64,000 nucleotides of DNA, from IMG/VR virus record IMGVR_UViG_3300024239_000015, positions 124,001 through 188,000 of that record. One strand, 5' to 3'. This document shows positions 9,058 through 19,207 of the stretch, piece by piece. Below the pieces are notes generated by a model. It had not been told where the DNA came from. It saw only the letters and a program-made list of their open reading frames with translations, and ran no database searches. Each line of letters begins with the position of its first letter. The first letter of the stretch is position 1. The translations under genes and the position numbers were made by a program.

Positions 9058-12000
9058 TTATAACTGCACCACCCAATCCGTACCATCACGAATCACACGC
9101 AGCTCCCCGTTCACACTTTCGAACCATGGGTTGCTATCGGTGGTTCCATCTGGTAAGTAGAAGGTTCCACTGGTGGTTGTAAAAGTCACACGATTGGCGG
9201 TAAACGGTTTATACACCACGACATGGTCTTGGTCGATGAACGTGTTGTCCAACACGATCGACACGTTCCCTAACCGCGTATCTGCGTAGAGTTTTCCTTC
9301 TCCAGCGACCCGAGTGAGGTTGCGTGTACCGGCTGTTGCTTTCGTGTACGTAGCGACTGTCGGCGTAGACGCTTCTGACGGTTGTAATACCCCGCCTACA
9401 AACATCCATCCCGTGGTCCCTCCCACAAACACCAACCGACTGGTAGTCCCACTTTGGTTGACGTCGACGTCTTCCACTAACCCCATGATCGACTGTCCGT
9501 TTCTCTTCAGTACGAGTTTGTTTAAACCAAACTTACTCGCAGCGTCGTAGAAACTGACGGTGTCATTTACAGCTGGTGTGGCGGGTAACGTTAACTCCAC
9601 GATGCCCGCAGTGGTGTCTACGCCGTACACCGTCTTACTGACAGCTGTCGTATTCGCAGAGATCAACTGGAACGTTTCCCCCCCAGCGGCGTCTCCTCCC
9701 AACGCAGCAAGAGAAATCTCTTGTTCTACGGTGAGATACCCGGAGCCCAAGGCAGCGGCAGTTGCGATACCTACCGACGCTACGTTGTTGTAATCGACAA
9801 TCTCAACAAAAAGCGACATGTTTGTCATCGCTTCGGTGGCGTGTACGTCGATGTACGCGAAGTTACCTGTGTAGCTTGGATGGTAGACGATTCGGATTTT
9901 ATCAAACACAGCCCCGGAATAGTTACCGTAGTCCAACAACTTCACTTGTGGGTTTTGTCCGAAATAACACGAGTATTGTACACGTACAACGCCATGATCT
10001 CCCGATACACTCCAACGTAAGTTTAGTATGCCGTCAAATCGGTTAATCCCAGAACTGGAAGAAACAAGCCGGTACCACCCATTGACTACCGTATTAACCG
10101 TAGCGCTGCTGGTTCTAAGTGCCCTTGAACTTAAGTCATACGCTTGTTTGACGGCTGTAGCAGATGCCGACAACGTAGAGCTGGTTGTAGAAACACTGTC
10201 CGATAACTGGGAGATACCCGCGACACTGGTGGTGGCGACGGGTAGTCTCGCTACCGGTACCGTACCAGTATTTAAGTTACTGGCGTTGGTGTAATACGAG
10301 CCTTCTTGGTCGTCCAGTAGGTCGACGTTTAAGTTGGCTACTTTGGTCGTAGACGCAACGATCAACGGCGCGGTGCCTGTAGCGATTTCGGAGATCAACA
10401 CATTCGCACTGATACGCTCAAAGAACTCACGTGCAGACCCACGCACTGCAGTGTAGATCGTGCCTGTAGACGTGCCTACAGCAAGCCCCGTCCCGTAGGT
10501 GATGGTGTGACTTCCATTAGAAGCAATCATCTCCGATTCAACATGGTAAACACGATGCCAAGCGTCATTCCAGACCTGGATTTCGTGTTGACCTTGTCCG
10601 GTTTGTACTACTCGTATTTGACTTCCGGGACCAAACACATTTGCGTTGTCTGGTACGTTCAGCGTTGTTCCGCTCGCGCGTACTAAACTTACAGTGTAAT
10701 AGCTGGTCTTCAGAAATTCCGATGCTGTCTGTGAACCAAAATTGTTTTGCGGGTCGACTAACTTAAATCGCCACGCGACAGCACTATAAGCACTATTGGC
10801 TAGAGTAACTGTAACCAGAGTTCTCCATGTTTGTTCCGCACCCCACGCTGGCGACCATGCATATTTGGCAAAAGATAAATTCCCGTAACGCAACCCAGCC
10901 GCCAGCACTTTCATCCCAGTTAAGGTTTGAGTACTAGTGATGTCTACCGCATCCGTCAGTCCGTAGCCCACCACCGTAGTGGGATTCGTACCTGCTGTAA
11001 CCCGCCCTTTCGCGTCCACTGTGACACTGCGATACGTACCCGCAGTCACTCCACTGTTTGCAAGCGTAAGCGCACCTGTGGCGTTCGCAGACCCGTTAAA
11101 CGACGCCGACCACGTACCATCTCCTGTAATAGCGATGGTTCGTGTGTTTGTCAACGTTAACGCACTGTTTACATTCAAAGCGATGGCGTCATTGTCTAAT
11201 AACCGAACTCGTTTATCAACAATAACCAGTCCGGTTAAATCACCGGCGGCGAAGTTAGGTTGGTCGCTGTATAACGTGTAACTAGCAACGCCTGCAGAGT
11301 CGGTGTGTATGACAACAGCAGTCAGTTGGGCGTACGTGGTATCCCAACGCATGTAGAAATCCACAACAGTAGGGCCTGCATTAGAAACAACCACATACCC
11401 TAACGTAAAGTGAGGGCTTTCATCCCCCACGATTTGTGCGGTAACAAATGGGTTAGAACCAAAAGCGGCCTGTTGTTTCACCCGTAACGTAATTTCACAC
11501 GCCCGTAAAATACCATCCCCAGATCCGACAGAGGTCCCTTCCAACAAAACAATCATTTCGCTGTATAGGTTCGTTATCGTCATCGTGGAGATTTTCGTCC
11601 AACGTCCGCTGAGCGTACCACCGGAATTCGTTGTACTGATACGGCGTTGTAACTGACTCGCTGTGGCTGCGTTCCCTGTGGTATTTTGGTTGAGTGTAGG
11701 AATGTCTGCCGCTACTAACGTCGTACCACCTGTCACACGTCCTTTCGCGTCTACAGTCACTTTCGTGTACGTACCCGCGGTGACTCCTGAGTTCGCCAAG
11801 GTTGCAGTGCCAGACACGTTTGCAGAACCATCGAAGTTCACCGTCCAGCTGACGTCACCCGTGGAGGTGATGCTTCTGACGGTTTGTAGCTTCACTGCAG
11901 TATCTGCGGTACCCGCTGCGGGGTTGACCCACACGTACGCACTACCCGACCATCTGTACAGCCGGCCTGTGTCTATCGCGAGATACAGTTTACTGGTTTC

Positions 12001-15000
12001 TCCAGTGACTGGGAAGGACGCGAGTGTAGCGTACTCCAACACGTCGTCCACGTAACTCGGTAATTGCGCTGCAGGTACTTTACCATCCGCACCTAACGTC
12101 GCTACGCCGTTCACGGCTCCTTTTTCACTCAATGGTATTTTTGTCAGTGAGGAATCGTAGGCCGCTTTGACAGCCGAAGCTGTTGCAGCCTCAGTGGTAC
12201 TGGTGGAGGTCACGGTGTTGTTTAATTGCACCACACCCGTCTGTGCTGTCGACGCGCTACGAATGGTTTGGGTGCTTGCTGAGGTAATCCGACCTTTTGC
12301 GTCTACTACAATGACCGGTACGCCAATCGTACTACCATACGTCGCTGCTGTTACACCGGAGTTACTGAGCGTAAGTGCGCTAGTCACGTTACCGCTACCA
12401 TCAAACAACACACTCCACGTACCGTCACCAGTAATAGAGATCGTCCGTGCTGTGGCCAGTTTAGTCGCTGTGCCGGTATTGATGGAGTCGAGCGTGGTAT
12501 TCACCCAGCCGGTTCCGCTGCGTGTCAGCACTTGCCCGTCTATCGGAGACGTCACCGTCACGTTCGACAGTGAGTCCAACGTGTGGTTGTGCGTAGACGA
12601 CGCAGCATCGGTAATCCCGTATCCCGCTAAGGTGGTGGGCTTGCCTGTGGTGATCTTCGACCAGTCTAATGCAGGAATGTCTGCCGCTACTAACGTCGTA
12701 CCACCTGTCACACGACCGTAGTTATCTACAGTGACTTTCGGGTACGTACCGGAGGTTATCTTTAAGTAGAAGTTGGCTTGGTAGGTGCTGTAACCAGCTG
12801 GGATAGACCCTAACGTTCCGACTGGAGTCAACGACCATCCTAACATACTACTGGACTGGACGTCCATTTGAATTGCAGTATGCGTACCCGACGCTCGTAG
12901 TTCTACAAACGCATAGTTTCCAGCATAGGTCGTGTGGTACACAACACGTACTGCATCAAATCCACCTGAACCAAAACGACTGAAATCCTTCTGGATCGCT
13001 GTGGGTTCTAGCCCATAGTAGATCGATGAGTCAAAACGCACAGAACCGTGATGGGAACTGATAGACCACCGCACCCAGAACTCTCCCGTGCAGCGATCCA
13101 CACCCACCGGCGATGAAGCGACACGATACCACGTACCCGACGTTGTGTTTAACGTCCCACTAGTTCTTGCTGCGTGAGGAGTGGTGTCACGCAACACTTT
13201 CCCTTGGTTTGCAGTTAATGCTAAGGTGGTGCTGGTGCTGGTTAAGTTGTCATTGAGTTGTACTAAACCCGTTTGCGATGTAGTTCCAAGACGGACTGAG
13301 TTGTGAGCGATGGATGTCACCCGCCCTTTGGCATCTACGGTGACAGTAGGTATAGTTACGTTGTTACCAAACGTACCCGCCGTCACGCCACTGTTCGCTA
13401 ACGTAAACGCCGCACTGACGTTTGCAGAGCCGTTAAAGTCCACAGTCCACGTACCGTCACCGGTCGTGGAGATCGTTCTTGAAGTCTGTAACGTCGTTGC
13501 AGTCCCAGCATTCCCTGTAACAGAGATACCCCAGGTTCCTACAGCGTTGCTCCCATCCAGTAACGCACCATCAGAAATTCCGTATCCAGCAAGTGTCGAT
13601 GGTTTACCTGTGGTAATCTTCGACCAATCTAAACTAGGAATATCCGCTGCTACTAAAGACGACCCGTTGGTGACTCGTCCTTTCGCATCTACGGTGACCT
13701 TCGGATAGGTGCCTGCAACCACACCAGAGTTACTGAGTGTAAGTGCTCCTGTGGAGTTCGCAGAACCGTCGTACGTCGTGGACCACGTCGCATCGCCTGT
13801 AATACTCAACGTACGCGCAGTCGCGAGTTTAGTCGCTGTGGATGCATTACCAGTCAGCGCACCTATAAAGGTAGGTGCTGTAATATTCCCCACAAACAGC
13901 ACATCTGGTCCAGTAACGAAGTACGAAAACACAACGTGTGCGACTCCATCGGCTCTACGGAAGAAACTCACCCGATCGGCAGCTTCCCCCGTCGCGAACG
14001 CTGGAGAAGCGTCACCGTTGTAGAACATACCACCACCGAACGTGGTCGATTGCCCGACGTAGACATATCCAGTTCCCTGGACGTCCCCGTGGGCCTCAAA
14101 GCCAGCTCGATGTGCATCGCCCGCTAAAGCGCGTACGACCGTATTTGCTGCACGGTTCGTTGCACCCACGTCGACATTTCCGTCGATTGTCCCGCCGGCT
14201 TTAGGAAAAGCTCCGATATCTGCTAAAGTAAACTCCACATCCGCAGAACCGTTGACTGATCTGGTTAGTAAACCAATGGTGATGTTTCTTGCGGTACCCC
14301 ACGTCAGTGTGGTGATATTCGCTGTACCATCAAACGACGTCCCGTTGATCGTCCGTGCGGTTTGTAACTTGACAGCGGCATCGGCTGTACCTGAGTTTTC
14401 ATTGATCCAGATATACACACTACCTGACCAACGATACTGCCGGTTGTCATCCAAAGCGACGTAGATCTTTCCAGTCTCACCTGTAGCTGGAAATGCGGCT
14501 AAGTTCGGATACTCAAGAATGTCATCCACGTAACTCGGCAATTGAGACGACGGCACCAACCCCTGGGCATCCAACGTGGCTACGCCGTTTGCTACCCCAC
14601 GTTGTGCGAGAGGAATCATCGTCGCAGCGTAGTCGTAAGTCACTTTCACTGCGTTGGTAGTTGCTGCCTCAGTGGTACTGGTAGAGGTCACGGTGTTGTT
14701 TAATTGCACCACACCCGTTTGACTCGTCGTCGCGCTACGGATTGTCGTGTTAGAAACAGCGGTGATTCTACCTTTCGCATCAACAGTCACTGTAGGAACA
14801 GCAATGCTGGTGCCGTAACTCCCTGCGGTAGCGCCAGAATTAGCCAAAGTGAACGCTAACCCTAAGTTGGCAGAACCGTTGAAACTTCCAGAGGCTGTGC
14901 CATCACCAGTAATAGAGATGGTCCGGGCTGTAGTCAGTGTTGCTGCACTACCAGAGATACTAATCGCCCACGTACCGGTAGCACTCGTACCGTCGTTCTT

Positions 15001-15993
15001 AGGCACGTCGGTAATTCCGTACCCGTCACGCGTCGTAGGTTTACCTGTAGTAATTTTACTCCAGTCTAGGTTAGGGATGTCCGTCGCACTTAACGTCGTG
15101 GCAGTAGTCACACGACCTTTCGCGTCTACTGTGACTTTCGTGTACGTCCCAGTGACTACGCCAGTGTTCACTAACGTGACAGGAATCGTGACGTTTGTCG
15201 TACCATTGAAAGAGATTCCACCGGTGGCGTCACCACCCACGGATAACGTCCGTGCGGTTTCTAAGCGGGTGGCTGTAAGTGCGTTACCCGACACAGACAT
15301 AGGCCATACGGAACCGTACTCTGTAGAGTTGGTTGCAAGTTCTAAACGCGCACTGGTCGGATTCCACCCAATCTTCACTGCAATCGCCGGACTCTGTCCT
15401 GCACCAGTACCTTGCTGTACTGGAATGAACCCTAAATTAGGTTCTTTAGAATCCAGAGCTGCTTGCAAACCCGTCACTGTAGAGATAGGTTGTTCACCGG
15501 TGTGGTTGGTACGGGACAATAAAAACGCATCCGTTTGGTTTTTCGTCGCTTCGGCGGCTATGCCGTCTAATTTCACGTAGTGTGACGTCGACATAAAACC
15601 CGCTTGAGCACCGGAAGCTAACGCGTGGGCGCTACCTCCTGCACCAAAGTGGCTATTCAGCTGAGCTTGTAGTTTACGAAACGCCTCAAAAACACTATCG
15701 GTGGCTGCAATAGCGGCTACGGTACCTGGGGTAAAACCAACCAGTACCGTGTCACGCACTCTCGCTTGCGTGAAGTAGAGGTTAGTCGCCCCTTCTGGTA
15801 CAGCGTCACTACTGACGACATCCGCAGAGTCTTCATACCCTACTCCTGGGACGTAGTTATACAACCGTCCGGTATCTATGGTTTTGTAGGTGTATTGCGT
15901 ACTGCCCGTGACGGGTAAGTCGGCAAACGTAGCGACCTCGACGATGTCGTTTAAGTACCCTGGTAAATTCGCGGTTATATTAATCGACGTCAT
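9058..15993 (-). CDS. Long tail fibre protein (2311 aa) with many internal repeats
   Basis: Repeats of ARTISITGDGTW..FNGSAN...TL.NSGV.AGTY.KVTVDAKGRVT, TSTSTTEAAT..AVK.AYD fibre repeats and LPSYVDD.LEY modules; start reassigned to 15993 (ATGA overlap with upstream stop, GGAG RBS). Confidence 0.9.
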   Translation of the reverse strand: MTSINITANLPGYLNDIVEVATFADLPVTGSTQYTYKTIDTGRLYNYVPGVGYEDSADVVSSDAVPEGATNLYFTQARVRDTVLVGFTPGTVAAIAATDSVFEAFRKLQAQLNSHFGAGGSAHALASGAQAGFMSTSHYVKLDGIAAEATKNQTDAFLLSRTNHTGEQPISTVTGLQAALDSKEPNLGFIPVQQGTGAGQSPAIAVKIGWNPTSARLELATNSTEYGSVWPMSVSGNALTATRLETARTLSVGGDATGGISFNGTTNVTIPVTLVNTGVVTGTYTKVTVDAKGRVTTATTLSATDIPNLDWSKITTGKPTTRDGYGITDVPKNDGTSATGTWAISISGSAATLTTARTISITGDGTASGSFNGSANLGLAFTLANSGATAGSYGTSIAVPTVTVDAKGRITAVSNTTIRSATTSQTGVVQLNNTVTSTSTTEAATTNAVKVTYDYAATMIPLAQRGVANGVATLDAQGLVPSSQLPSYVDDILEYPNLAAFPATGETGKIYVALDDNRQYRWSGSVYIWINENSGTADAAVKLQTARTINGTSFDGTANITTLTWGTARNITIGLLTRSVNGSADVEFTLADIGAFPKAGGTIDGNVDVGATNRAANTVVRALAGDAHRAGFEAHGDVQGTGYVYVGQSTTFGGGMFYNGDASPAFATGEAADRVSFFRRADGVAHVVFSYFVTGPDVLFVGNITAPTFIGALTGNASTATKLATARTLSITGDATWSTTYDGSANSTGALTLSNSGVVAGTYPKVTVDAKGRVTNGSSLVAADIPSLDWSKITTGKPSTLAGYGISDGALLDGSNAVGTWGISVTGNAGTATTLQTSRTISTTGDGTWTVDFNGSANVSAAFTLANSGVTAGTFGNNVTIPTVTVDAKGRVTSIAHNSVRLGTTSQTGLVQLNDNLTSTSTTLALTANQGKVLRDTTPHAARTSGTLNTTSGTWYRVASSPVGVDRCTGEFWVRWSISSHHGSVRFDSSIYYGLEPTAIQKDFSRFGSGGFDAVRVVYHTTYAGNYAFVELRASGTHTAIQMDVQSSSMLGWSLTPVGTLGSIPAGYSTYQANFYLKITSGTYPKVTVDNYGRVTGGTTLVAADIPALDWSKITTGKPTTLAGYGITDAASSTHNHTLDSLSNVTVTSPIDGQVLTRSGTGWVNTTLDSINTGTATKLATARTISITGDGTWSVLFDGSGNVTSALTLSNSGVTAATYGSTIGVPVIVVDAKGRITSASTQTIRSASTAQTGVVQLNNTVTSTSTTEAATASAVKAAYDSSLTKIPLSEKGAVNGVATLGADGKVPAAQLPSYVDDVLEYATLASFPVTGETSKLYLAIDTGRLYRWSGSAYVWVNPAAGTADTAVKLQTVRSITSTGDVSWTVNFDGSANVSGTATLANSGVTAGTYTKVTVDAKGRVTGGTTLVAADIPTLNQNTTGNAATASQLQRRISTTNSGGTLSGRWTKISTMTITNLYSEMIVLLEGTSVGSGDGILRACEITLRVKQQAAFGSNPFVTAQIVGDESPHFTLGYVVVSNAGPTVVDFYMRWDTTYAQLTAVVIHTDSAGVASYTLYSDQPNFAAGDLTGLVIVDKRVRLLDNDAIALNVNSALTLTNTRTIAITGDGTWSASFNGSANATGALTLANSGVTAGTYRSVTVDAKGRVTAGTNPTTVVGYGLTDAVDITSTQTLTGMKVLAAGLRYGNLSFAKYAWSPAWGAEQTWRTLVTVTLANSAYSAVAWRFKLVDPQNNFGSQTASEFLKTSYYTVSLVRASGTTLNVPDNANVFGPGSQIRVVQTGQGQHEIQVWNDAWHRVYHVESEMIASNGSHTITYGTGLAVGTSTGTIYTAVRGSAREFFERISANVLISEIATGTAPLIVASTTKVANLNVDLLDDQEGSYYTNASNLNTGTVPVARLPVATTSVAGISQLSDSVSTTSSTLSASATAVKQAYDLSSRALRTSSATVNTVVNGWYRLVSSSSGINRFDGILNLRWSVSGDHGVVRVQYSCYFGQNPQVKLLDYGNYSGAVFDKIRIVYHPSYTGNFAYIDVHATEAMTNMSLFVEIVDYNNVASVGIATAAALGSGYLTVEQEISLAALGGDAAGGETFQLISANTTAVSKTVYGVDTTAGIVELTLPATPAVNDTVSFYDAASKFGLNKLVLKRNGQSIMGLVEDVDVNQSGTTSRLVFVGGTTGWMFVGGVLQPSEASTPTVATYTKATAGTRNLTRVAGEGKLYADTRLGNVSIVLDNTFIDQDHVVVYKPFTANRVTFTTTSGTFYLPDGTTDSNPWFESVNGELRVIRDGTDWVVQL

Positions 15994-16865
15994 AACCGAG
16001 CTCTCCATGTAGTGTCATTTATTTTTATAAACCGAATGGTCATTACGTTGCTGTAGTTGACAGACGGTGCAGTTTGGTTGTTAAACAAGATCAGTTCGTT
16101 CGCTACGTCGTTTACTGTGATCACCGCAGTAAAGGTATCATCCGCTGTGTCTACTGTAACGATACTGCCGATAGGGACGGTATTTAGCAAAGGCAAGAAC
16201 ACGTTGACGTTGTTTGCTGTCACCATGTAGTTCCGTCCAGGGAGTGCAGAAAACACATCGGTGGAGACGAGAACCACTTTTGCGTTCTCAGTGAGTCGAT
16301 TGACTTCTTCTGTCAGGTACGCCACTTGCGCTTGCAATGCAGCAGAGATCTCTATTTTCTCTGCGATATCCAGTAGTGCGTCTCTGACGTCTTCCATGCC
16401 ATACAGCTCACTCGCGTGGTGTAGGTGTGGTGCTGGAGGAAACTGCACTGGCGCACCGACTAAGTCCACCCACGCCACAGGACGGTCGTCTAAGTTTAAT
16501 AACTGTAGGTACGCTGCAACGGTGTCGGGGTAGGTGACATACGACCCACCAGGCACTTGGTAGTCAAGTTCAACGTCGCCGTAGACGTCAGGATTTAAAA
16601 GCTGGATGATAAAGAAAGCAGCATGCCCTGAGCGTACTGTGATCTCAGAGTTCAGCTCCAAGAATCGATAGTCTTTGTTTCTTTCTAAAGGAGTGGGGTT
16701 TCCCACTTGCCGTAATTCAAAACCGTGTCCGTAGAACACGCCTTCACGTGGGACGATCGTCCTTTGCACGTACTGGGGGATGGTCCATTGTTCACCTGTA
16801 ATGCGATTGCTTAACGCCTCAGCAGTCAGGTCTAATGGGTACTTGTTTAACGCCGGTGTACTCAT
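15990..16865 (-). CDS. Baseplate/tail-fibre adaptor, phiKZ gp131-like family paralogue
   Basis: N-terminal YPLDLTAEALSNRITGE and PVQFPPAPHLHHASELYGMEDV shared with 17294..18193 and 20495..21919. Confidence 0.7.
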   Translation of the reverse strand: MSTPALNKYPLDLTAEALSNRITGEQWTIPQYVQRTIVPREGVFYGHGFELRQVGNPTPLERNKDYRFLELNSEITVRSGHAAFFIIQLLNPDVYGDVELDYQVPGGSYVTYPDTVAAYLQLLNLDDRPVAWVDLVGAPVQFPPAPHLHHASELYGMEDVRDALLDIAEKIEISAALQAQVAYLTEEVNRLTENAKVVLVSTDVFSALPGRNYMVTANNVNVFLPLLNTVPIGSIVTVDTADDTFTAVITVNDVANELILFNNQTAPSVNYSNVMTIRFIKINDTTWRARL

Positions 16866-16902
16866 TGCTCACTCCGGTCCTCAAAAAAAGACGTGAATAA
16901 AA

Positions 16903-16928
16903 GGCGGAGTGGTATGACCCACTCCGCC
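16903..16928 (-). terminator. Intrinsic terminator/hairpin
   Basis: ggcggagtgg/ccactccgcc stem with a downstream T run on the minus strand. Confidence 0.7.
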
Positions 16929-16943
16929 CACTGCTTTGGTGTT

Positions 16944-17312
16944 TTACAGTTGAATCACCCACTGTGTGGCACTCAACTTAACCAGTGTGATTTCAGCCGG
17001 CGTGTTTTCTACGTAAGGGGCGTTGTCTACGGTTCCATCAGGCATCAGCAGGTCTGCTCCTGGAATACGGTAGTCGACTCGTCCTACGGAGAATGCTTTT
17101 TGTAAAGTGACTTGATCTTTGATTGCATACGTTGCGTGATCTAACGTCACGGTGACCGAGGTGTCTCTGGTATCCACCACGTACCGTGCCACTCCTGACA
17201 CACGAGAGAGCGTCAGTGTAGGAACGTCAATGGTATCGCCTAACAAGATCGTGTTCGTTCCGGAGACCGATGCTTTTCGTTGAGCTAGATTAATCATTCT
17301 AAAATACTCCAT
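16944..17312 (-). CDS. Small virion protein homologous to the C-terminal tip of the long tail fibre
   Basis: DTRDTSVTVTLD...MPDGTVDNAPYVE...WVIQL versus fibre DTRLGNVSIVLD...LPDGTTDSNPWFE...WVVQL. Confidence 0.7.
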   Translation of the reverse strand: MEYFRMINLAQRKASVSGTNTILLGDTIDVPTLTLSRVSGVARYVVDTRDTSVTVTLDHATYAIKDQVTLQKAFSVGRVDYRIPGADLLMPDGTVDNAPYVENTPAEITLVKLSATQWVIQL

Positions 17313-18193
17313 CGATCTGCAGCAGTTTTCATCACAAAGAACGAGCGATCTAGGTTACAAAGGGCAGAGGTATCGGTTACACCCCACCATTCGAGCAGCT
17401 CTGCTCCTCCTGGGGTTTGTAACGTCCACGTGTGTCCTGGGGTTTGACTGAAAACGATTTTGTCTCCAAGCGCTACTGAGCCAATCGCTGGAAGTGTTGC
17501 AACCAGACCATCTCCGACGTGGTAGTGCTTTGAGACTTGTACCGTAGAGTCTACAGAGAGAAACGTACCAAAAGCAAACCCTACACTTTTATTGACGTTA
17601 GGAAGAATACTGTTGTACGCATTCTCTACGTTACCTAGCCGTGTGAGGATTTCTGTGATCTGAGCTTCGTTTCCTTGCCCCATAGCGTTGAGGATTTCTG
17701 TCAGCGCATTAACAACGTGCTCCATTCCGTAGAGTTCACTCGCGTGGTGTAGGTGAGGAGACGGTGGAAACTGGACAGGTAAACCGACGATGTTCTGCCA
17801 CTGGACAGGACGGTCGTCTAAGTTCAGCGCATCAAGGATCAACTGGATTGCTGCAAAGTTACTGGAGTACGTCCCACCGATGACTTGGTAGTCACAGGAG
17901 AGTGCTCCTTCAATCGCTGGGTTGATAATGTTCACGATCGCGTACACAGGTTTACTGGAACGGATCGTTGCATCGGAGTACAGATACAGTAACTGGTAGT
18001 CGGTGCCTTGAGTCAGTGTTTCTCCGCCAGGCAAACGAGTGAGGACTAAACTCTCTCCGTAAAACGGTCCTTCGTATAACGCAAACGCACGATTCCGGTT
18101 GAGTGGAATCGTTTTCAGCTCCCCTGTAATACGGTTAGTAAGTGCAGTACCCGTCAAATCCAACGGGTACTTAGCAATTGACGGATATGACAT
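17294..18193 (-). CDS. Baseplate/tail-fibre adaptor, gp131-like paralogue
   Basis: KYPLDLTGTALTNRITGE and PVQFPPSPHLHHASELYGMEHV. Confidence 0.7.
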   Translation of the reverse strand: MSYPSIAKYPLDLTGTALTNRITGELKTIPLNRNRAFALYEGPFYGESLVLTRLPGGETLTQGTDYQLLYLYSDATIRSSKPVYAIVNIINPAIEGALSCDYQVIGGTYSSNFAAIQLILDALNLDDRPVQWQNIVGLPVQFPPSPHLHHASELYGMEHVVNALTEILNAMGQGNEAQITEILTRLGNVENAYNSILPNVNKSVGFAFGTFLSVDSTVQVSKHYHVGDGLVATLPAIGSVALGDKIVFSQTPGHTWTLQTPGGAELLEWWGVTDTSALCNLDRSFFVMKTAADRWSILE

Positions 18194-18208
18194 CTCTGAC
18201 TCCAGGGT

Positions 18209-18691
18209 TTACTTAAGATGGACGGTCGGTAAGTTTAACAACCATAAGTCCTGTGGAACGATTCGGTTTAAGGACTCATCGGTACGGATCAGTGGGATAC
18301 CTGCTTCCTCGAATACAAAAGGTACGTACTCACTACAGATCCACCGATTGGGGTTATGCCAATCCCGTTGGAAGACGATCCCAAAGATGGCTAAGTAGTC
18401 GTAGTGTTTTCCAAGCTCTGCCTCGGCGATTGCTTTGGCGTTGAGGTAAGTGGCAGCATCTACAGTAACCGATACCACAGCAACAGATTTGTAACGGTCT
18501 ATAAAGTCGTTTAAAGAAGTCGTGATCACTCCTTTAAACGCAACAGCTTCATAGACTTTCGGTTGACTGAGGTAATGCGGGTGGTCAAACAACAACCCGC
18601 AGTGACTCCACTTTGACCACGTCCATCCACGAATGGCTTTACCGCCTATCTTTGTACTTGAACCAAAAATGATCTTCAGTTCACATTCCAT
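18209..18691 (-). CDS. Permuted papain-like (YiiX/YebB-type NlpC/P60) amidase
   Basis: His motif WSHCGL precedes LGKHYDY and the Cys motif WICSEYV (permuted order); start at 18691 behind AAGGAG. Confidence 0.8.
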   Translation of the reverse strand: MECELKIIFGSSTKIGGKAIRGWTWSKWSHCGLLFDHPHYLSQPKVYEAVAFKGVITTSLNDFIDRYKSVAVVSVTVDAATYLNAKAIAEAELGKHYDYLAIFGIVFQRDWHNPNRWICSEYVPFVFEEAGIPLIRTDESLNRIVPQDLWLLNLPTVHLK

Positions 18692-18726
18692 GACTTTTCT
18701 CCTTTTACGGGGTGGACGTAGCGTAC

Positions 18727-19197
18727 TCATGCTAAAAACGTGATGTCGGCAGACACTACTTTAAACGGAGCTCCGATGGCCTTCAACGCCACGTTACAAC
18801 GGTCAATCAGAATTTTCCAGTCTCCGCCAACGTCAGGTATTTTACCCCAAATAGTTAACTCGCCGTCTACAATAGTGGCGTTGAGGTATACTTCGTCTGT
18901 CGTCGCACGGCCAGCAGCGTGTCTCACGAACGGTAATTTTAAAACCATGGGTTGTCCTTCCAACGGATGTCCTTCCGGCCACACGTAGCTGATCTCCAGT
19001 AACGGCGTGCCGTCTTGAGCTTTTAAGCCGGCAGATACAGATAACGTATCTGCCGGAGAGCAGTAGTAAAAGCCGTTGGGATACGGCAGTGCCTCAACTC
19101 CCGCCACAGTTACGTTTTTATTGGGTAAGATCACGTCGAGTCTGAGATCGACCGCGATTGTAGGTTGTTCGCGCGCGTCTATGATGCTATTCGTCAT
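18727..19197 (-). CDS. Hypothetical protein in the tail cluster
   Basis: 156-aa ORF with GAGG RBS. Confidence 0.7.
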   Translation of the reverse strand: MTNSIIDAREQPTIAVDLRLDVILPNKNVTVAGVEALPYPNGFYYCSPADTLSVSAGLKAQDGTPLLEISYVWPEGHPLEGQPMVLKLPFVRHAAGRATTDEVYLNATIVDGELTIWGKIPDVGGDWKILIDRCNVALKAIGAPFKVVSADITFLA

Positions 19198-19207
19198 CGA
19201 TCGTTCC

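Noticed and set aside
9209-15580. Many long plus-strand ORFs opposite the tail fibre (e.g. 14849..15580, 12167..12721)
   Set aside because: Shadow frames from Thr/Ala/Val/Gly-rich repetitive codons; no RBS or protein-like features
9058-15993. Diversity-generating retroelement or invertible shufflon in the fibre
   Set aside because: No reverse transcriptase or invertase; the repeats do not differ specifically at adenines and are direct rather than inverted
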